Positions 36,723 through 47,251 of a stretch of 64,000 nt of DNA are shown here, piece by piece. The stretch spans positions 99,992 to 163,991 of the forward strand of contig JAVBNQ010000005.1 of assembly GCA_031551405.1 (NCBI GenBank). The letters run 5' to 3'. The translations under genes were made by a program, and so were the position numbers. Position 1 is the stretch's first letter. Every line of letters begins with the position of its first letter. Origin of the DNA: a bacterium. Its GTDB lineage: Bacteria > RUG730. The notes beneath the pieces were generated by a model that was given only the letters and a program-made list of their open reading frames with translations, ran no database searches and was not told the origin of the DNA.

Positions 36723-37253
36723 TTAAATTTGTTCCATATTTACAGCTTCTGTTTCCGACGGTTCTGAAATTTTTTGTGAGATTTTAGTTTTACATTTTGC
36801 CGGTACCAGATTATAAACTTTCCCGTCAACTTTTAAAATGCAAGGCATAATTTTTGAATTATTTAAATTCGTCAAATTTATTAATTTTGGCGCCAAATTT
36901 GCTAAGAAATATTGAACCGCGCCCAAAAATAGAATGCCTAAAAACAAAAACAAAAGACTTCCTAAAATTTTATCTATCACCGAAGGCATAACTTTCAAAA
37001 TCGCATTAGTAAGCAATTTTGTAAGTAAAAGCACAACTATTGCTGACAAAATAAACAAAACCAAAAAGGCCAAAAAATATGTAAACTTACTTGGTTGTAA
37101 AATCTTTATCGAATAAACATAATACTTATTTGCTATTATTCCGCCCACCAAAATCGAAAAAAGCAAAAAAAAGGCTTTTAAAAAACCAAAATATACGCCA
37201 AATCCCAAAAAAATTAAAAGAATCGCAACCAAAACAATATCGATTGTTAACAT
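36723..37253 (-). CDS. cvpA: CvpA-family membrane protein
   Basis: 176 aa with 4 TMs. The N-terminal IDIVLVAILLIFLGFG.YFGFLK pattern is typical of colicin V production protein CvpA. Confidence 0.65.
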   Translation of the reverse strand: MLTIDIVLVAILLIFLGFGVYFGFLKAFFLLFSILVGGIIANKYYVYSIKILQPSKFTYFLAFLVLFILSAIVVLLLTKLLTNAILKVMPSVIDKILGSLLFLFLGILFLGAVQYFLANLAPKLINLTNLNNSKIMPCILKVDGKVYNLVPAKCKTKISQKISEPSETEAVNMEQI

Positions 37254-38530
37254 TTTTCCACCTCAAATTTATTTATTACTAAACCTGTCAAAAGCTTGGG
37301 ATAAAAATACGTCGATTTCTGAGGCATAACCTCGCCTTGCAAAGAAACGTCTCGTATTTGTTCAATTCTCGTCGGATTCATAATAAAAGCCGCTGTAAAT
37401 TCTTTATTATCGACGCTATCGATTGTCTCGCTAAAATCTTTTATGTATTTCAAATATTTCTGCTCGGCAATATCTTCTTTTGAAAAATTCAAAATCCTCT
37501 CAAAAACTAAACTTTCCAAAACAGCCACGTCTAATTCCCTGTAATATTTTGAGCCTTGCGTTAAATTTTGCAAATTTTCTTTATTTTTCAGCCTTAAAAC
37601 GAAACAGTTTTCTCCGTTATAAAAACCAAACGAAATATTTTGATTTTCATATTCTTTTTCTAAATCGGATTTTACGCTATTTTTCGACGAATGCAAAATT
37701 TCAAAATAATTTTCCAAATCTTTCGTAAATTTCGCGAAATCTATTTTACAATTCACAACTCTATGCGTCGGAAAAATCGCCAAACCTTTATCTGACATAT
37801 CACATAAAAACGCCAAAACGTGATCGAAATTTCCTTTTTTGCCTTGTGATTGCATTTCTTTATTGTAATTCATCGCAGTTTCATAACGATGATGTCCGTC
37901 GGCAATAAAAATTTTTTTATCTTTTAAACCTGTCACAATTTTGTTTATTTTATCCTCGCCTTTTATAATCCAAACACGATTTCTTTCGTTTGAGTCATCG
38001 ATAAAATCTACTGCCGGCTTATCCAAAATCGTTTCATCCAACACTTCTTTTACTGATCCGTCATCGTTATAAAGCCCGAAAATCGGACTGAAATTTGTTC
38101 TACACGCTCTCGTCAAATTCAAACGATCAGCTTTAGGCTTTGACAGTGTTCTCTCATGCGGATAAATCGTTCCGCCAAAAAGAGGTTCCTGTTTTAGAAT
38201 ACACAAAAATCCGGTTCTTGAGTATTTTTTACCGTACACTTCAAAATCTTGTTTGTAGACGTAAATTGCGTTTTTATCTTCTTGAATCAGATTTTTTTCG
38301 TTCTGCCAAGCCTCATAAAAATCGTTTGCTCTCGAATATTTGTTATTTTTTTCGTCATCGCTTGGAAGTTCTTTCCCAAGGATTAAACGAATAATATTTT
38401 TCTCGTGCCTAGAATACAAAGCTTCCTGCTGCTCTTTCGAAATTACGTCGTACGGCGGAGCTACGACTTTTTTTATATCGAGCTTCTCCAAATTATATCT
38501 GACTGCTTTGAAAGGCTTTATTTCTGCCAT
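37247..38530 (-). CDS. DUF1015-family protein
   Basis: 427 aa with an N-terminal IKPFKAVRYN..VVAPPYDVIS and an internal FIADGHHRYETA block characteristic of DUF1015. Confidence 0.75.
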   Translation of the reverse strand: MAEIKPFKAVRYNLEKLDIKKVVAPPYDVISKEQQEALYSRHEKNIIRLILGKELPSDDEKNNKYSRANDFYEAWQNEKNLIQEDKNAIYVYKQDFEVYGKKYSRTGFLCILKQEPLFGGTIYPHERTLSKPKADRLNLTRACRTNFSPIFGLYNDDGSVKEVLDETILDKPAVDFIDDSNERNRVWIIKGEDKINKIVTGLKDKKIFIADGHHRYETAMNYNKEMQSQGKKGNFDHVLAFLCDMSDKGLAIFPTHRVVNCKIDFAKFTKDLENYFEILHSSKNSVKSDLEKEYENQNISFGFYNGENCFVLRLKNKENLQNLTQGSKYYRELDVAVLESLVFERILNFSKEDIAEQKYLKYIKDFSETIDSVDNKEFTAAFIMNPTRIEQIRDVSLQGEVMPQKSTYFYPKLLTGLVINKFEVEKC

Positions 38531-38541
38531 TTATTTTACTC

Positions 38542-39042
38542 CTAATTTTGCAAATTGATAAATTTATTTAATTTTGATTTGAAATCGTGACAAATCGCAA
38601 CTGCTAAAGCATCAGCCGTATCATCCGGTTTTGGAATTTCTTTAAGCTTCAAAAGTTTCGTAACCATCACCTGAACCTGAGGTTTTTCGGCATTTCCGTA
38701 GCCAGTCACGGCTTGCTTTATTTCTCTCGGCTTATACTCGAATAAATTAACATTATTCTGTTTCAAAGCCAGCAAAATCACGCCTCGAGCTTGTCCAACA
38801 GAAATTCCTGTCGTGATATTTTTCACAAAAAAAAGTTCCTCTACAGCCGCTACTTCAGGTTTATAAAGAGTAATCAGCTCGCTTAACTTATCGTAAATAA
38901 TCGTCAATTTTTCGCTCAAAGTCGCGCCTTTTTTTATGATAATACTGTCATAACTTAACGCTTGCAAGTCTCGATTTTGCGTTTTCTCGATGATTCCCCA
39001 ACCGATGATATTTGTACCCGGGTCAATTCCCAAAATCCTCAT
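38542..39042 (-). CDS. ruvC: Holliday junction resolvase RuvC
   Basis: MRILGIDPGTNIIGWGII.. with catalytic D/E/D/D positions (..AVEELFF..DTADALAVAICH). I place the start at the internal ATG (39040-39042), 1 nt after the yebC stop. The track's longer ORF would overlap yebC by 86 nt. Confidence 0.85.
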   Translation of the reverse strand: MRILGIDPGTNIIGWGIIEKTQNRDLQALSYDSIIIKKGATLSEKLTIIYDKLSELITLYKPEVAAVEELFFVKNITTGISVGQARGVILLALKQNNVNLFEYKPREIKQAVTGYGNAEKPQVQVMVTKLLKLKEIPKPDDTADALAVAICHDFKSKLNKFINLQN

Positions 39043-39043
39043 G

Positions 39044-39808
39044 TTACTCGTCTTCTGCCAATTTTTCCATGATCGAATCGTCAATGTCAAAGTTAGCAAA
39101 AACGTTTTGTACGTCGTCGTGAGAATCAAGCTTTTCCATTAGCTTTAACATTTGCTCAGCTGGCTTATCCTCAAGTTTTATTCGAGTTTGCGGAATTTTC
39201 GTAAGTGACGAAGACTCGATTTTCAAACCTTTGTTTTTTAATTCAGCAGTAATTTTTTCAAGGTCTTTTGGCTCAGTAATAATCATAAAAAAATCATCTT
39301 CACTCTTAAAATCCAGTGCGCCGGCTTCGAGAGCGAGTTCAATGATTTCGTCTTCTTTGCTAACGTCTTTTTCTATTTCTATCACACCTCGAGAATCAAA
39401 CATCCATCCAACGCAACCTGTTTCTCCCAAGTTTCCACCGTAAAGCGAAAATATTTTTCGAATTTCAGCTGCTGCGCGATTTTTATTATCCGTCGTGACT
39501 TCGACTATAATTGCAACTCCGCCGGGTCCATATCCTTCGTAAACTAATTCCTCATACGCAACTCCGGGCAATTCTCCAGTTCCTCGCTGGACAGCTTTTT
39601 TGACGTTGTCAGCCGGCATATTGGCTTCTTTAGCAGCCTCGATTGCAGTTCGTAGTCTCGCGTTAATATTCGGGTCTCCGCCGCCAAGCTTTGCCGCAAC
39701 TGTAATTTCTTTCACAAGTTTTGTGAACAAATTTCCACGTTTTGCATCGGTAGCAGCTTTTTTATGTTTTATACTCGCCCATTTATTATGTCCTGACATT
39801 TTTTCCAA
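39044..39808 (-). CDS. yebC: YebC/PmpR-family DNA-binding regulator
   Basis: 254 aa starting MSGHNKWASIKHKKAATDAKRG.., a hallmark of the family. The conserved yebC-ruvC gene pair is present. Confidence 0.9.
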   Translation of the reverse strand: MEKMSGHNKWASIKHKKAATDAKRGNLFTKLVKEITVAAKLGGGDPNINARLRTAIEAAKEANMPADNVKKAVQRGTGELPGVAYEELVYEGYGPGGVAIIVEVTTDNKNRAAAEIRKIFSLYGGNLGETGCVGWMFDSRGVIEIEKDVSKEDEIIELALEAGALDFKSEDDFFMIITEPKDLEKITAELKNKGLKIESSSLTKIPQTRIKLEDKPAEQMLKLMEKLDSHDDVQNVFANFDIDDSIMEKLAEDE

Positions 39809-39832
39809 CCTCCAAATTTTTAAGTGTTTATT

Positions 39833-42145
39833 TTAAAAAATCTGCCCAATCGTGAAATAAAATTGCGCCGGATCTCGGCCTTCTTCTTTATTTAAACCGT
39901 AGCCCCAGTCAAGTCTGATTGGGAATGCCGGAGTTGTAAATCTAATCCCAACGCCCACTCCGGATCTCATCATATTAGGTCCTCGTCCTATACGTAAATC
40001 GACATCTCCTCCATTCGCCCATGAACCGCCTACGTCATAAAATATCGCGCCTTCCAAAACCACTTGTTTTTTATCCATCACGATAGGAAACTTGTACTCG
40101 ACATTATAAACGATCTTATACAAACCTCCGTCTTGAGGCCCGATATCGCCTCGATAATCGTATCCACGAACACTCTCAGATCCCCCGATATAAAATCTCT
40201 CATAAATAGGTACTTCTTTAGAAGGAGTAAAACTATCAACTTTTCCGGCATCAAGATTGAATGCCAAAACGAAATTCCAGAACACATTATAAAACCTGCT
40301 GTGATTGAATAAACCTTTAACGAAATTATTATTACCACCAAGAGCGCCTCCAGCGTATTTTACCGACAATCTCGTGTAAGTCCCTCGTCTCGTAAAAAAA
40401 ACATTATCTCGAGTATCTCGTGAAAATGTCGTCGTAATACTACTGGTATCCTGCTCGCCTTTCTTTTGTTCTTCGACGAGCGGCATATGATTCACAGAGG
40501 TATCGTCGTCTACGTCATAAATTTTCACTCTATCAAAGCCGTAAGAAACATTAACCAAATAATCATCAAAAAAACGCCGACCAAATTTTATAGCAGCTCC
40601 TTGATGTTTTTCCGTATAAACATCAGTTTTGCGAATGCCATTATCATCCGTATAAACATAATCTCGACTCCTTGTCATATCAAAAAGATCTGTTCCAAAC
40701 GAAATAAAACTTCCAAACAAATAGGGTTCAAAAAAACTAACTTGGTAATTTTGTTTTCTCTTACCAAATTCCCACATAAAACTCAGCTTTTGTCCTCGAC
40801 CAAAAAGATTTGCTTTTGAAATCTGCAAATTACCAATTACTCCATCCTCCGAGCTATATCCGGCTCCAATCGTAGCCATTCCGGTAGGTTTTTCCTCGAC
40901 CTTAAAAATCAAATCTACAGTATTGTTATTGACTTGATCTACGTCCAAGTTTATATCTCTGAAAAAGCCTAAATTAAAAATTCGCTCCTGGCTTCGACGA
41001 GTTTTGGTCACGTTAAAAGGCTCATGCTCTTTTATAACGATTTCACGCCGAATTACATGATCTTTCGTGACATTATTCCCGTCAATATAAATTTTATCTA
41101 TATAGACAATTCCATTTTCTACGATAGAAAAATTCACATTGACAAACTTATCTTTATAAATAATTTCCGGTTTTATTTCAGCTCTAACGTATCCTCGTTC
41201 AGCGTAGATATTGTGAAGGGCTGCAATACTTTCTTCGTATAAACTTTGCCTAAAAAGCTCGTTTGATTTTAAAGTCAATTTTGCAAAAAGCTCTTCTCGA
41301 GAAAATTCTTTATTACCTAAAATATTTATCTCACCAACCGAGTATTTCTGGCCTTCTTTTATTTCTAGTTCTACAATAATTTTGCTGCGTTCTTCGTTAA
41401 AAATACGATTTTTTTCAGTAACTTCAGCATCCAAATATCCTTTGTCTCGATACAACATTACAATATTTTTTAAGCCTTTTTTATAAGCATCTTCCTTAAA
41501 AACCTTCTTTTTCTTCATTCCAAGTGCTGCAATTATTTTTTTTGTTTTTATCTCAGCATTCCCGGAAATCACAAAAGAATCAAGTTTTGTCAAAACGCCT
41601 TCGCTAATGAAAAATGATATTTCGACGCTGTTTTCTTTATCGTCAAAATAATAAGAAGCTTCTAGCGCAACATCGGTATAGCCTTGCTCCTTATAAAAAT
41701 TCAAAATATCTTGTTTTGCCAAATTCAACGAAAACTCGTCATAATACCCCTTTATTTTTAATTGAATTTTATCTTTTATTTTACTTTTTTTTATATTCTG
41801 ATTACCTTCAATCAAAATCTTTTTTATCATCGGTTTTTCGACTACGCGATAAATCACGGCGATTCCACCGCTTATGATTTTTGTCTCAGATGTCACATCG
41901 TCAAAATATCCGGTTTCCAAAATCGCCTTAATGTCCTCGCCAATTTGTTCTTTTTTGATTTTGTCTTTTTTCTTTAGCTTGATCTTATCTCGAACAACAG
42001 ATTCGTTAAAATTTTTCGTTCCTTCAACTCGAATATCTCTAACCAAATCCGTCGCAAAAACTATTTTATTAAAAATAAAAAATACTATAAAAAATAAAAA
42101 AAATCTTTTTAAAATTAATCTAAAATTCACAAAAAAATACCTCAC
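39833..42145 (-). CDS. bamA: Outer membrane protein assembly factor BamA
   Basis: 770 aa (GTG start in the track) with repeated POTRA modules and an Omp85 barrel ending ..FYFTIGQIF. Confidence 0.9.
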   Translation of the reverse strand: MRYFFVNFRLILKRFFLFFIVFFIFNKIVFATDLVRDIRVEGTKNFNESVVRDKIKLKKKDKIKKEQIGEDIKAILETGYFDDVTSETKIISGGIAVIYRVVEKPMIKKILIEGNQNIKKSKIKDKIQLKIKGYYDEFSLNLAKQDILNFYKEQGYTDVALEASYYFDDKENSVEISFFISEGVLTKLDSFVISGNAEIKTKKIIAALGMKKKKVFKEDAYKKGLKNIVMLYRDKGYLDAEVTEKNRIFNEERSKIIVELEIKEGQKYSVGEINILGNKEFSREELFAKLTLKSNELFRQSLYEESIAALHNIYAERGYVRAEIKPEIIYKDKFVNVNFSIVENGIVYIDKIYIDGNNVTKDHVIRREIVIKEHEPFNVTKTRRSQERIFNLGFFRDINLDVDQVNNNTVDLIFKVEEKPTGMATIGAGYSSEDGVIGNLQISKANLFGRGQKLSFMWEFGKRKQNYQVSFFEPYLFGSFISFGTDLFDMTRSRDYVYTDDNGIRKTDVYTEKHQGAAIKFGRRFFDDYLVNVSYGFDRVKIYDVDDDTSVNHMPLVEEQKKGEQDTSSITTTFSRDTRDNVFFTRRGTYTRLSVKYAGGALGGNNNFVKGLFNHSRFYNVFWNFVLAFNLDAGKVDSFTPSKEVPIYERFYIGGSESVRGYDYRGDIGPQDGGLYKIVYNVEYKFPIVMDKKQVVLEGAIFYDVGGSWANGGDVDLRIGRGPNMMRSGVGVGIRFTTPAFPIRLDWGYGLNKEEGRDPAQFYFTIGQIF

Positions 42146-43362
42146 TATTTTCGGACTTTGCCTGCAATTTTATAAGGCAAGCTCCAGAGATCAATGAAAC
42201 CTTTTGCCAGTTTCTGGTCGAATTTATCGTCCTCGGAATAAGTAGCCAAATCGTTTTGATAAAGTGAATATTTTGATTTTCGTCCAACTACAATAGCATT
42301 TCCCTTGTAAAGTTTAATACGAATCGTGCCGTCGACATATTTTTGCGTTACGTCGTTAAAAGCCTGGATAGATTCTCTCAAGCTCGAGAACCAAAGCCCG
42401 AAATAAATTAACTCGGAAAATTTGTTTGCAAGCAAGTCTTTGTAATGCAGCATCTCTCTATCTAAAACCAAGCTCTCCAAATCTCTGTGCGCTTTTATCA
42501 AAATAGTTCCGGCAGGCGTCTCATAAACTTCTCGAGATTTTATTCCAACGAGCCTATTTTCGATCATATCAACTCGACCTACTCCGTGTCTCCCTCCTAT
42601 CTTATTCAGCTCTATAATCAAATCGACCAAATCAAATTCTTTATTGTTAATTTTTTTTGGCATGCCTTTCTCAAACGCAAGCTCAAGATATTCCGGTTCG
42701 TCTGGCGTATTTTGTAGTTCTGCCACTGTGATGTAAGTATTTGCCGGCGGCTCCGTCCACGGATCTTCGAGTGGACCGCATTCGATGCTTATTCCCCATA
42801 AACTTTTGTCAATTGAATAAACCTTTTTTTTGTCAACGTCAATCGGAATATTGTGTTTTTGCGCATACTCGATTTCAGACTCTCTCGACGTCAAATCCCA
42901 TTCTCTGACTGGCGCAAGAGTTGTCAAATGCGGGGCCAAAGCATTTATTGTCGTCTCAAAACGGACTTGGTCATTGCCTTTTCCGGTACAGCCGTGAGCA
43001 ATCGCGTCAGCTCCTTCTTTTATCGCAAAATCGACGAGCCTACTCGCAATCAGCGGTCTAGTCAAGGCCGTTGCTAGATCGTATTGATTTTCGTACAGAG
43101 CATGCATTTGCATTGCCGGCAAAATGTAGTCTTTCGCGTAATCAGCCTTCAAATCCTCTATAATAAGTTTGCTCGCTCCTGCAGCTTTTGCGCGCGCGTC
43201 CAAATCCTTCATTCCCTCGCCTTGTCCCATGTCTCCTGAATAACAAACGACTTCGCAGCCGTATTTATCGATCAGCCAACGCACTATTACCGATGTATCA
43301 AGTCCGCCGGAATACGCCAAAACTACTTTTTTGATCTTTTGATTTTCCATTTTTGACTCCAA
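42145..43362 (-). CDS. argG: Argininosuccinate synthase
   Basis: 405 aa with AYSGGLDTS and the conserved ..GCTGKGNDQVRFE.. block. Confidence 0.95.
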   Translation of the reverse strand: MESKMENQKIKKVVLAYSGGLDTSVIVRWLIDKYGCEVVCYSGDMGQGEGMKDLDARAKAAGASKLIIEDLKADYAKDYILPAMQMHALYENQYDLATALTRPLIASRLVDFAIKEGADAIAHGCTGKGNDQVRFETTINALAPHLTTLAPVREWDLTSRESEIEYAQKHNIPIDVDKKKVYSIDKSLWGISIECGPLEDPWTEPPANTYITVAELQNTPDEPEYLELAFEKGMPKKINNKEFDLVDLIIELNKIGGRHGVGRVDMIENRLVGIKSREVYETPAGTILIKAHRDLESLVLDREMLHYKDLLANKFSELIYFGLWFSSLRESIQAFNDVTQKYVDGTIRIKLYKGNAIVVGRKSKYSLYQNDLATYSEDDKFDQKLAKGFIDLWSLPYKIAGKVRK

Positions 43363-43365
43363 GTT

Positions 43366-45132
43366 TTAGGATAATATTTCTTTTGTACTAAAAGTATTTA
43401 TTTGATCAAGCAATTTTTTAACATATTGTTCATTTTTATATGTGACTTTTAAAAACTTTTCATAAACCCCGGAACTTAAAATTTTACTAAAAACAACTTT
43501 TTTATCATTAATTCTTTCAAGACAAATATCATATAATCTCAATATTGCTTTCAAAATCAAATATTGCTTTTCAAGCGACGTATAGGTGTCATCGTCTTCA
43601 AAAGCATTTTGATGCAAAAAATCTTCTCGAATTGACCGCGCTGTCTCGAGTGTGAGTCTGTCTTTATCTGACAGTGATTCGTAGCCGATCAATCTTACGA
43701 TTTCTTCGAGCGAAGCTTCCTCTTGCAAAATTTTCATTGCCTTATTCCGATTATCGATGAAATCCAACAAATTAGTTTTATTGAGAAACTCTCGAATATT
43801 TTCGATATAAAGCGAATAACTTCTCAGCCAATTTATCGCCGGGAAATGCCTACGAAAAGCTAGCTTTGATTCAAGGCTCCAAAAAACCTTAACAACACGT
43901 AAAGTCGCCTGAACAACCGGCTCGGATAAATCGCCTCCTGCAGGAGAAACTGCTCCAATAACAGTAAGGGTTCCTTCACGAGGACGCTCTACGTTCGAGG
44001 AACACTGAATCCTACCGGCTCTCTCGTAAAACTCTGCTATTCTCGTTGATAAATACGCAGGGTATCCTTCTTCGCCTGGCATTTCCTCAAGTCTACCTGA
44101 CATTTCTCGCAAAGCTTCTGCCCACCTCGACGTAGAATCCGCCATCAAAGCAACATTGTATCCCATATCTCGAAAATATTCCGCAATCGTAATTCCAGTA
44201 TAGACTGACGCTTCTCGAGCAGAAACAGGCATATTGCTAGTGTTTGCTATCAAAACTGTTCGTTTTATCAAGGGCTCTCCAGATTTTGGATCCTTTAGAT
44301 CCGGAAATTCATTCAAAACATCCGTCATCTCGTTTCCTCTTTCGCCACATCCAATATAGACGACAACGTCGACTTCCGCCCATTTAGCGAGCTGATGTTG
44401 AACTACAGTTTTTCCGCTGCCAAAAGGACCGGGAATACACGCGGTTCCTCCTTTTGCAAGAGGGAAAAACGAATCGATTACTCTTTGACCCGTTACAAAC
44501 AGCTCATTTGGAGTCAATTTTTTTTTATATTTCCTCGAGATTCTAACAGGCCACTTCTGAAGCATCACAATATTTTTCAAAGTTTTTGTCTCTTCATCTT
44601 CAACAATCGCTATCGTTTCTTCAACGGTAAAATTTCCGGAATCGATGGATTTTATGACCCCTTTTATACCAAACGGAATCATGATTTTATGTTTTACAAT
44701 TGTTGTTTCATCGACAAAACCAATAATATCGCCAAAATCAACACGATCGCCAACTTTCAAAATTGGATTAAAAAACCATTTTTTCTGACGACTTATTGCG
44801 GGTATTTCAAATCCTCTAGCAATAAAATTTCCGGTTTTCTCATAAAATACTTCCAAAGGACGCTCTATTCCGTCATAAATCGAAGAAATCAATCCTGGCG
44901 CGAGCTCCACGCTCAAAGCATCTCCGGTCGGTTCGACAGGTTCGCCTGGTTTTAAACCGTTTGTATCCTCATAAACCTGTATAGAGGCAAACTCTCCGTT
45001 TAATTCGACAACCTCACCAATTAACTTGAGATTCCCAACTTTTACGACCTCGTACATTTTGACGTTTTCGAGTCCTTGAGCGATCACGAGAGGTCCAGAA
45101 ATTTTTTGAATTACGCCTATTTTTTGGCTCAT
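43366..45132 (-). CDS. ntpA: V/A-type ATPase catalytic subunit A
   Basis: 588 aa with Walker [10 protein letters not shown], the non-homologous insert typical of A subunits, and ..[12 protein letters not shown]... Confidence 0.95.
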   Translation of the reverse strand: MSQKIGVIQKISGPLVIAQGLENVKMYEVVKVGNLKLIGEVVELNGEFASIQVYEDTNGLKPGEPVEPTGDALSVELAPGLISSIYDGIERPLEVFYEKTGNFIARGFEIPAISRQKKWFFNPILKVGDRVDFGDIIGFVDETTIVKHKIMIPFGIKGVIKSIDSGNFTVEETIAIVEDEETKTLKNIVMLQKWPVRISRKYKKKLTPNELFVTGQRVIDSFFPLAKGGTACIPGPFGSGKTVVQHQLAKWAEVDVVVYIGCGERGNEMTDVLNEFPDLKDPKSGEPLIKRTVLIANTSNMPVSAREASVYTGITIAEYFRDMGYNVALMADSTSRWAEALREMSGRLEEMPGEEGYPAYLSTRIAEFYERAGRIQCSSNVERPREGTLTVIGAVSPAGGDLSEPVVQATLRVVKVFWSLESKLAFRRHFPAINWLRSYSLYIENIREFLNKTNLLDFIDNRNKAMKILQEEASLEEIVRLIGYESLSDKDRLTLETARSIREDFLHQNAFEDDDTYTSLEKQYLILKAILRLYDICLERINDKKVVFSKILSSGVYEKFLKVTYKNEQYVKKLLDQINTFSTKEILS

Positions 45133-45324
45133 AATAATCTCCCAAATATCTTATGTCGTCATGTTTTGAAAATTAAAAATTTTTATAGAGAATCTGAGCA
45201 ATCTCGAAACATAAAAAATTTTTAAGCATTTTCATTTTCACGTTCACTAGACTGTTTTGTTTGAGTAAAACATAATTTGCATGACGGCTGTACTAAATTT
45301 CTGTGGATCAGCTATTATCATCTG

Positions 45325-45642
45325 TCAAGAAAGAACGTCGACACCCATAGCTTTTTCAACAACAGATTTCAGCCTTTTAAAATAAATTTGCTCATCTTTT
45401 TCTTGGTTTCTATCGAGCGAAGGCAAAATTATGATATTTAAATCTTGCTTTTTATATAGCTCATCTAATTTGCTCTTTATTAACTTTGCTGCAAATTCCG
45501 ATATAAAAACAAAATCGCATTTTTCTTCTAAAACTTTTGTGATAGAATCCAAGACTTGGATCTCAGACGAAACCTCAAAAAGTTTAATCCCGAACGAATT
45601 AAATCCTCTCCAAATCTCTTTTTCACCTATTAAAGCAATCAT
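45325..45642 (-). CDS. ntpF: V/A-type ATPase subunit F
   Basis: MIALIGEKEIWRGFNSFGI.. The track ORF starts 7 codons earlier (45663). I prefer the ATG at 45642, which has GAGG upstream and avoids overlap with ntpC. Confidence 0.75.
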   Translation of the reverse strand: MIALIGEKEIWRGFNSFGIKLFEVSSEIQVLDSITKVLEEKCDFVFISEFAAKLIKSKLDELYKKQDLNIIILPSLDRNQEKDEQIYFKRLKSVVEKAMGVDVLS

Positions 45643-45655
45643 TTTTCGCCTCGAT

Positions 45656-46624
45656 TTACGCAAAATAACTTTTGCTGATTTTTTGTTCCAACGGCAAAAT
45701 ATCTCTCGATATGATCGATTTCAAACACAAAATTCTGTTGATATTTTTTATCTCACAAAGCCGTCTATAAAAATAACTTATAATCGGCTCAACGGATTCC
45801 GAGTAAAATACCGCGTTTTGACAAAAATTCAGCAAAAAATTTTCTTCTTCGATTTCCCAACGACTGGCGTTCGTCTCAAGCAGAAAAGCATTTTTTACGA
45901 TTTCGCCATAACCATATTTTCCCAAAATAACGAAAATTTCCTCTAAACTCAAATTCGTCATTTTTTTTAAAATTTCAATATCAATATTTCCGTTTTCAAA
46001 AAATTTAAAGTTTTTAGATATAAGAGTTTTCAAGTTATAAAAATCAACTTGTATTTTCCAAAAATTTTCCAAAAATTCGTTTTTTAACTGTTTCGCCGTT
46101 TTTATCCTAAAACCAAACAGATACTCATCAAGCAAAATATCAAATTCTGCAGGCAAAATTGTATTTTTTTCATCTCGCAAAATCTGAACAATTTGATAAA
46201 AAAAATCCTCGTCGAACGAAATATATTTATTCGAATTTTGCAAATAATCTTTAAGTTCAGCAATATCAAAAAAACCGGAATTAGAAAAATTTTCATCAAA
46301 ATTAATTCCAAAAAATTTTTGTTTATAAAAAAGTTTGAGGTTATAAAAATCGAACTCATACAAAAACGATTTTTTTAAATCCAATTCTAAAAAATAATCT
46401 GCAATTTCTCGATATAAATCCAAAGTGTTTTTCGAATAATAAAGCGAAATATTTTCGGTCAAATCCGAATCAACAATATCTTTATATCCAACATCCACTC
46501 GAACGAGCTCAGCCCATAAATCTCTGAGAGAAATAATCCCAACGATTCGATCCCAATCAAGCCTCTTTAGAAGCCTGTCTTCTTTTGCTCTGATCACGCC
46601 GATCTGATAATCATATTTTTGCAT
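45656..46624 (-). CDS. ntpC: V/A-type ATPase subunit C (eukaryotic d-like)
   Basis: 322 aa and helical, with an N-terminal YDYQIGVIRAKEDRLL pattern. It sits between the E and F genes. Confidence 0.7.
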   Translation of the reverse strand: MQKYDYQIGVIRAKEDRLLKRLDWDRIVGIISLRDLWAELVRVDVGYKDIVDSDLTENISLYYSKNTLDLYREIADYFLELDLKKSFLYEFDFYNLKLFYKQKFFGINFDENFSNSGFFDIAELKDYLQNSNKYISFDEDFFYQIVQILRDEKNTILPAEFDILLDEYLFGFRIKTAKQLKNEFLENFWKIQVDFYNLKTLISKNFKFFENGNIDIEILKKMTNLSLEEIFVILGKYGYGEIVKNAFLLETNASRWEIEEENFLLNFCQNAVFYSESVEPIISYFYRRLCEIKNINRILCLKSIISRDILPLEQKISKSYFA

Positions 46625-46629
46625 TAATC

Positions 46630-47235
46630 TCAGCCCTCTCGCGGAAACAAAATTTGGTTTAACGCGAGCTCGTTTTCTTCTCTCAAAGCAAGCATAAAAA
46701 CGTCGAGACTTTCGTCTATAATTACGGTATTTTCGTAATATTTCAAGCCAAACTCCAGTTCAGTTTCAAAACTCAACTTCACAGTTTTTAAACTTAATTT
46801 CCCAAGTGAATCAAAAATATTTTTTTTAAAAATATCGTCTATTTTATCAGCAAAACTTCCAATTCCCACGACTAATTCGCCGGATTTATTCAAAAAATCG
46901 ATCTCGTTAATTTTTTTCAGAACCCACGCTTCATATTTCCTTATATCCCAAGACTTCAAAACACATCTAAAAGACTCGTAAACAGTATCTAGAAGCCTGG
47001 ATTTTATCTCAAGAATAGCTTTTTTTTTGTAAATCTCAAGGTCAATTTTGGATTTATTTTGTAAAAATTGTAAATTTTCTTCGACTCGCGCTTCAACGGT
47101 TTTCGAATAATTTGCAATTTCTGTGTCGAAAACTTTTTGTAAATGCTCTATTTCAAAATTCGCATCAGCAATAATTTTGCTGATTATTTCCTTATCTTTT
47201 TCGTCAACTTTTTGTAGTAATTTTTCTAAACTCAC
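46630..47235 (-). CDS. ntpE: V/A-type ATPase subunit E
   Basis: 201 aa with a long charged N-terminal helix (LEKLLQKVDEKDKEII..) and a globular C-terminus. The operon position is conserved. Confidence 0.7.
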   Translation of the reverse strand: MSLEKLLQKVDEKDKEIISKIIADANFEIEHLQKVFDTEIANYSKTVEARVEENLQFLQNKSKIDLEIYKKKAILEIKSRLLDTVYESFRCVLKSWDIRKYEAWVLKKINEIDFLNKSGELVVGIGSFADKIDDIFKKNIFDSLGKLSLKTVKLSFETELEFGLKYYENTVIIDESLDVFMLALREENELALNQILFPREG

Positions 47236-47251
47236 GTGTGTATTCCGCCAA

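Noticed and set aside
38542-39129. Long (195-aa) version of RuvC from the ORF track
   Set aside because: The extra 29 N-terminal codons overlap yebC by 86 nt and are not RuvC-like. The canonical MRILGIDPG start lies at 39042, right after the yebC stop.
44395-44955. 186-aa plus-strand ORF (also 45431-45946, 936-1412, 15467-15919, 11898-12269, 62453-62806 and similar)
   Set aside because: These are antisense shadow ORFs inside strongly supported genes (ntpA, ntpF/C, tcdA, ppdK, nth-ribD, thiG). They have low-complexity F/S/K/I-rich translations typical of AT-rich antisense frames.
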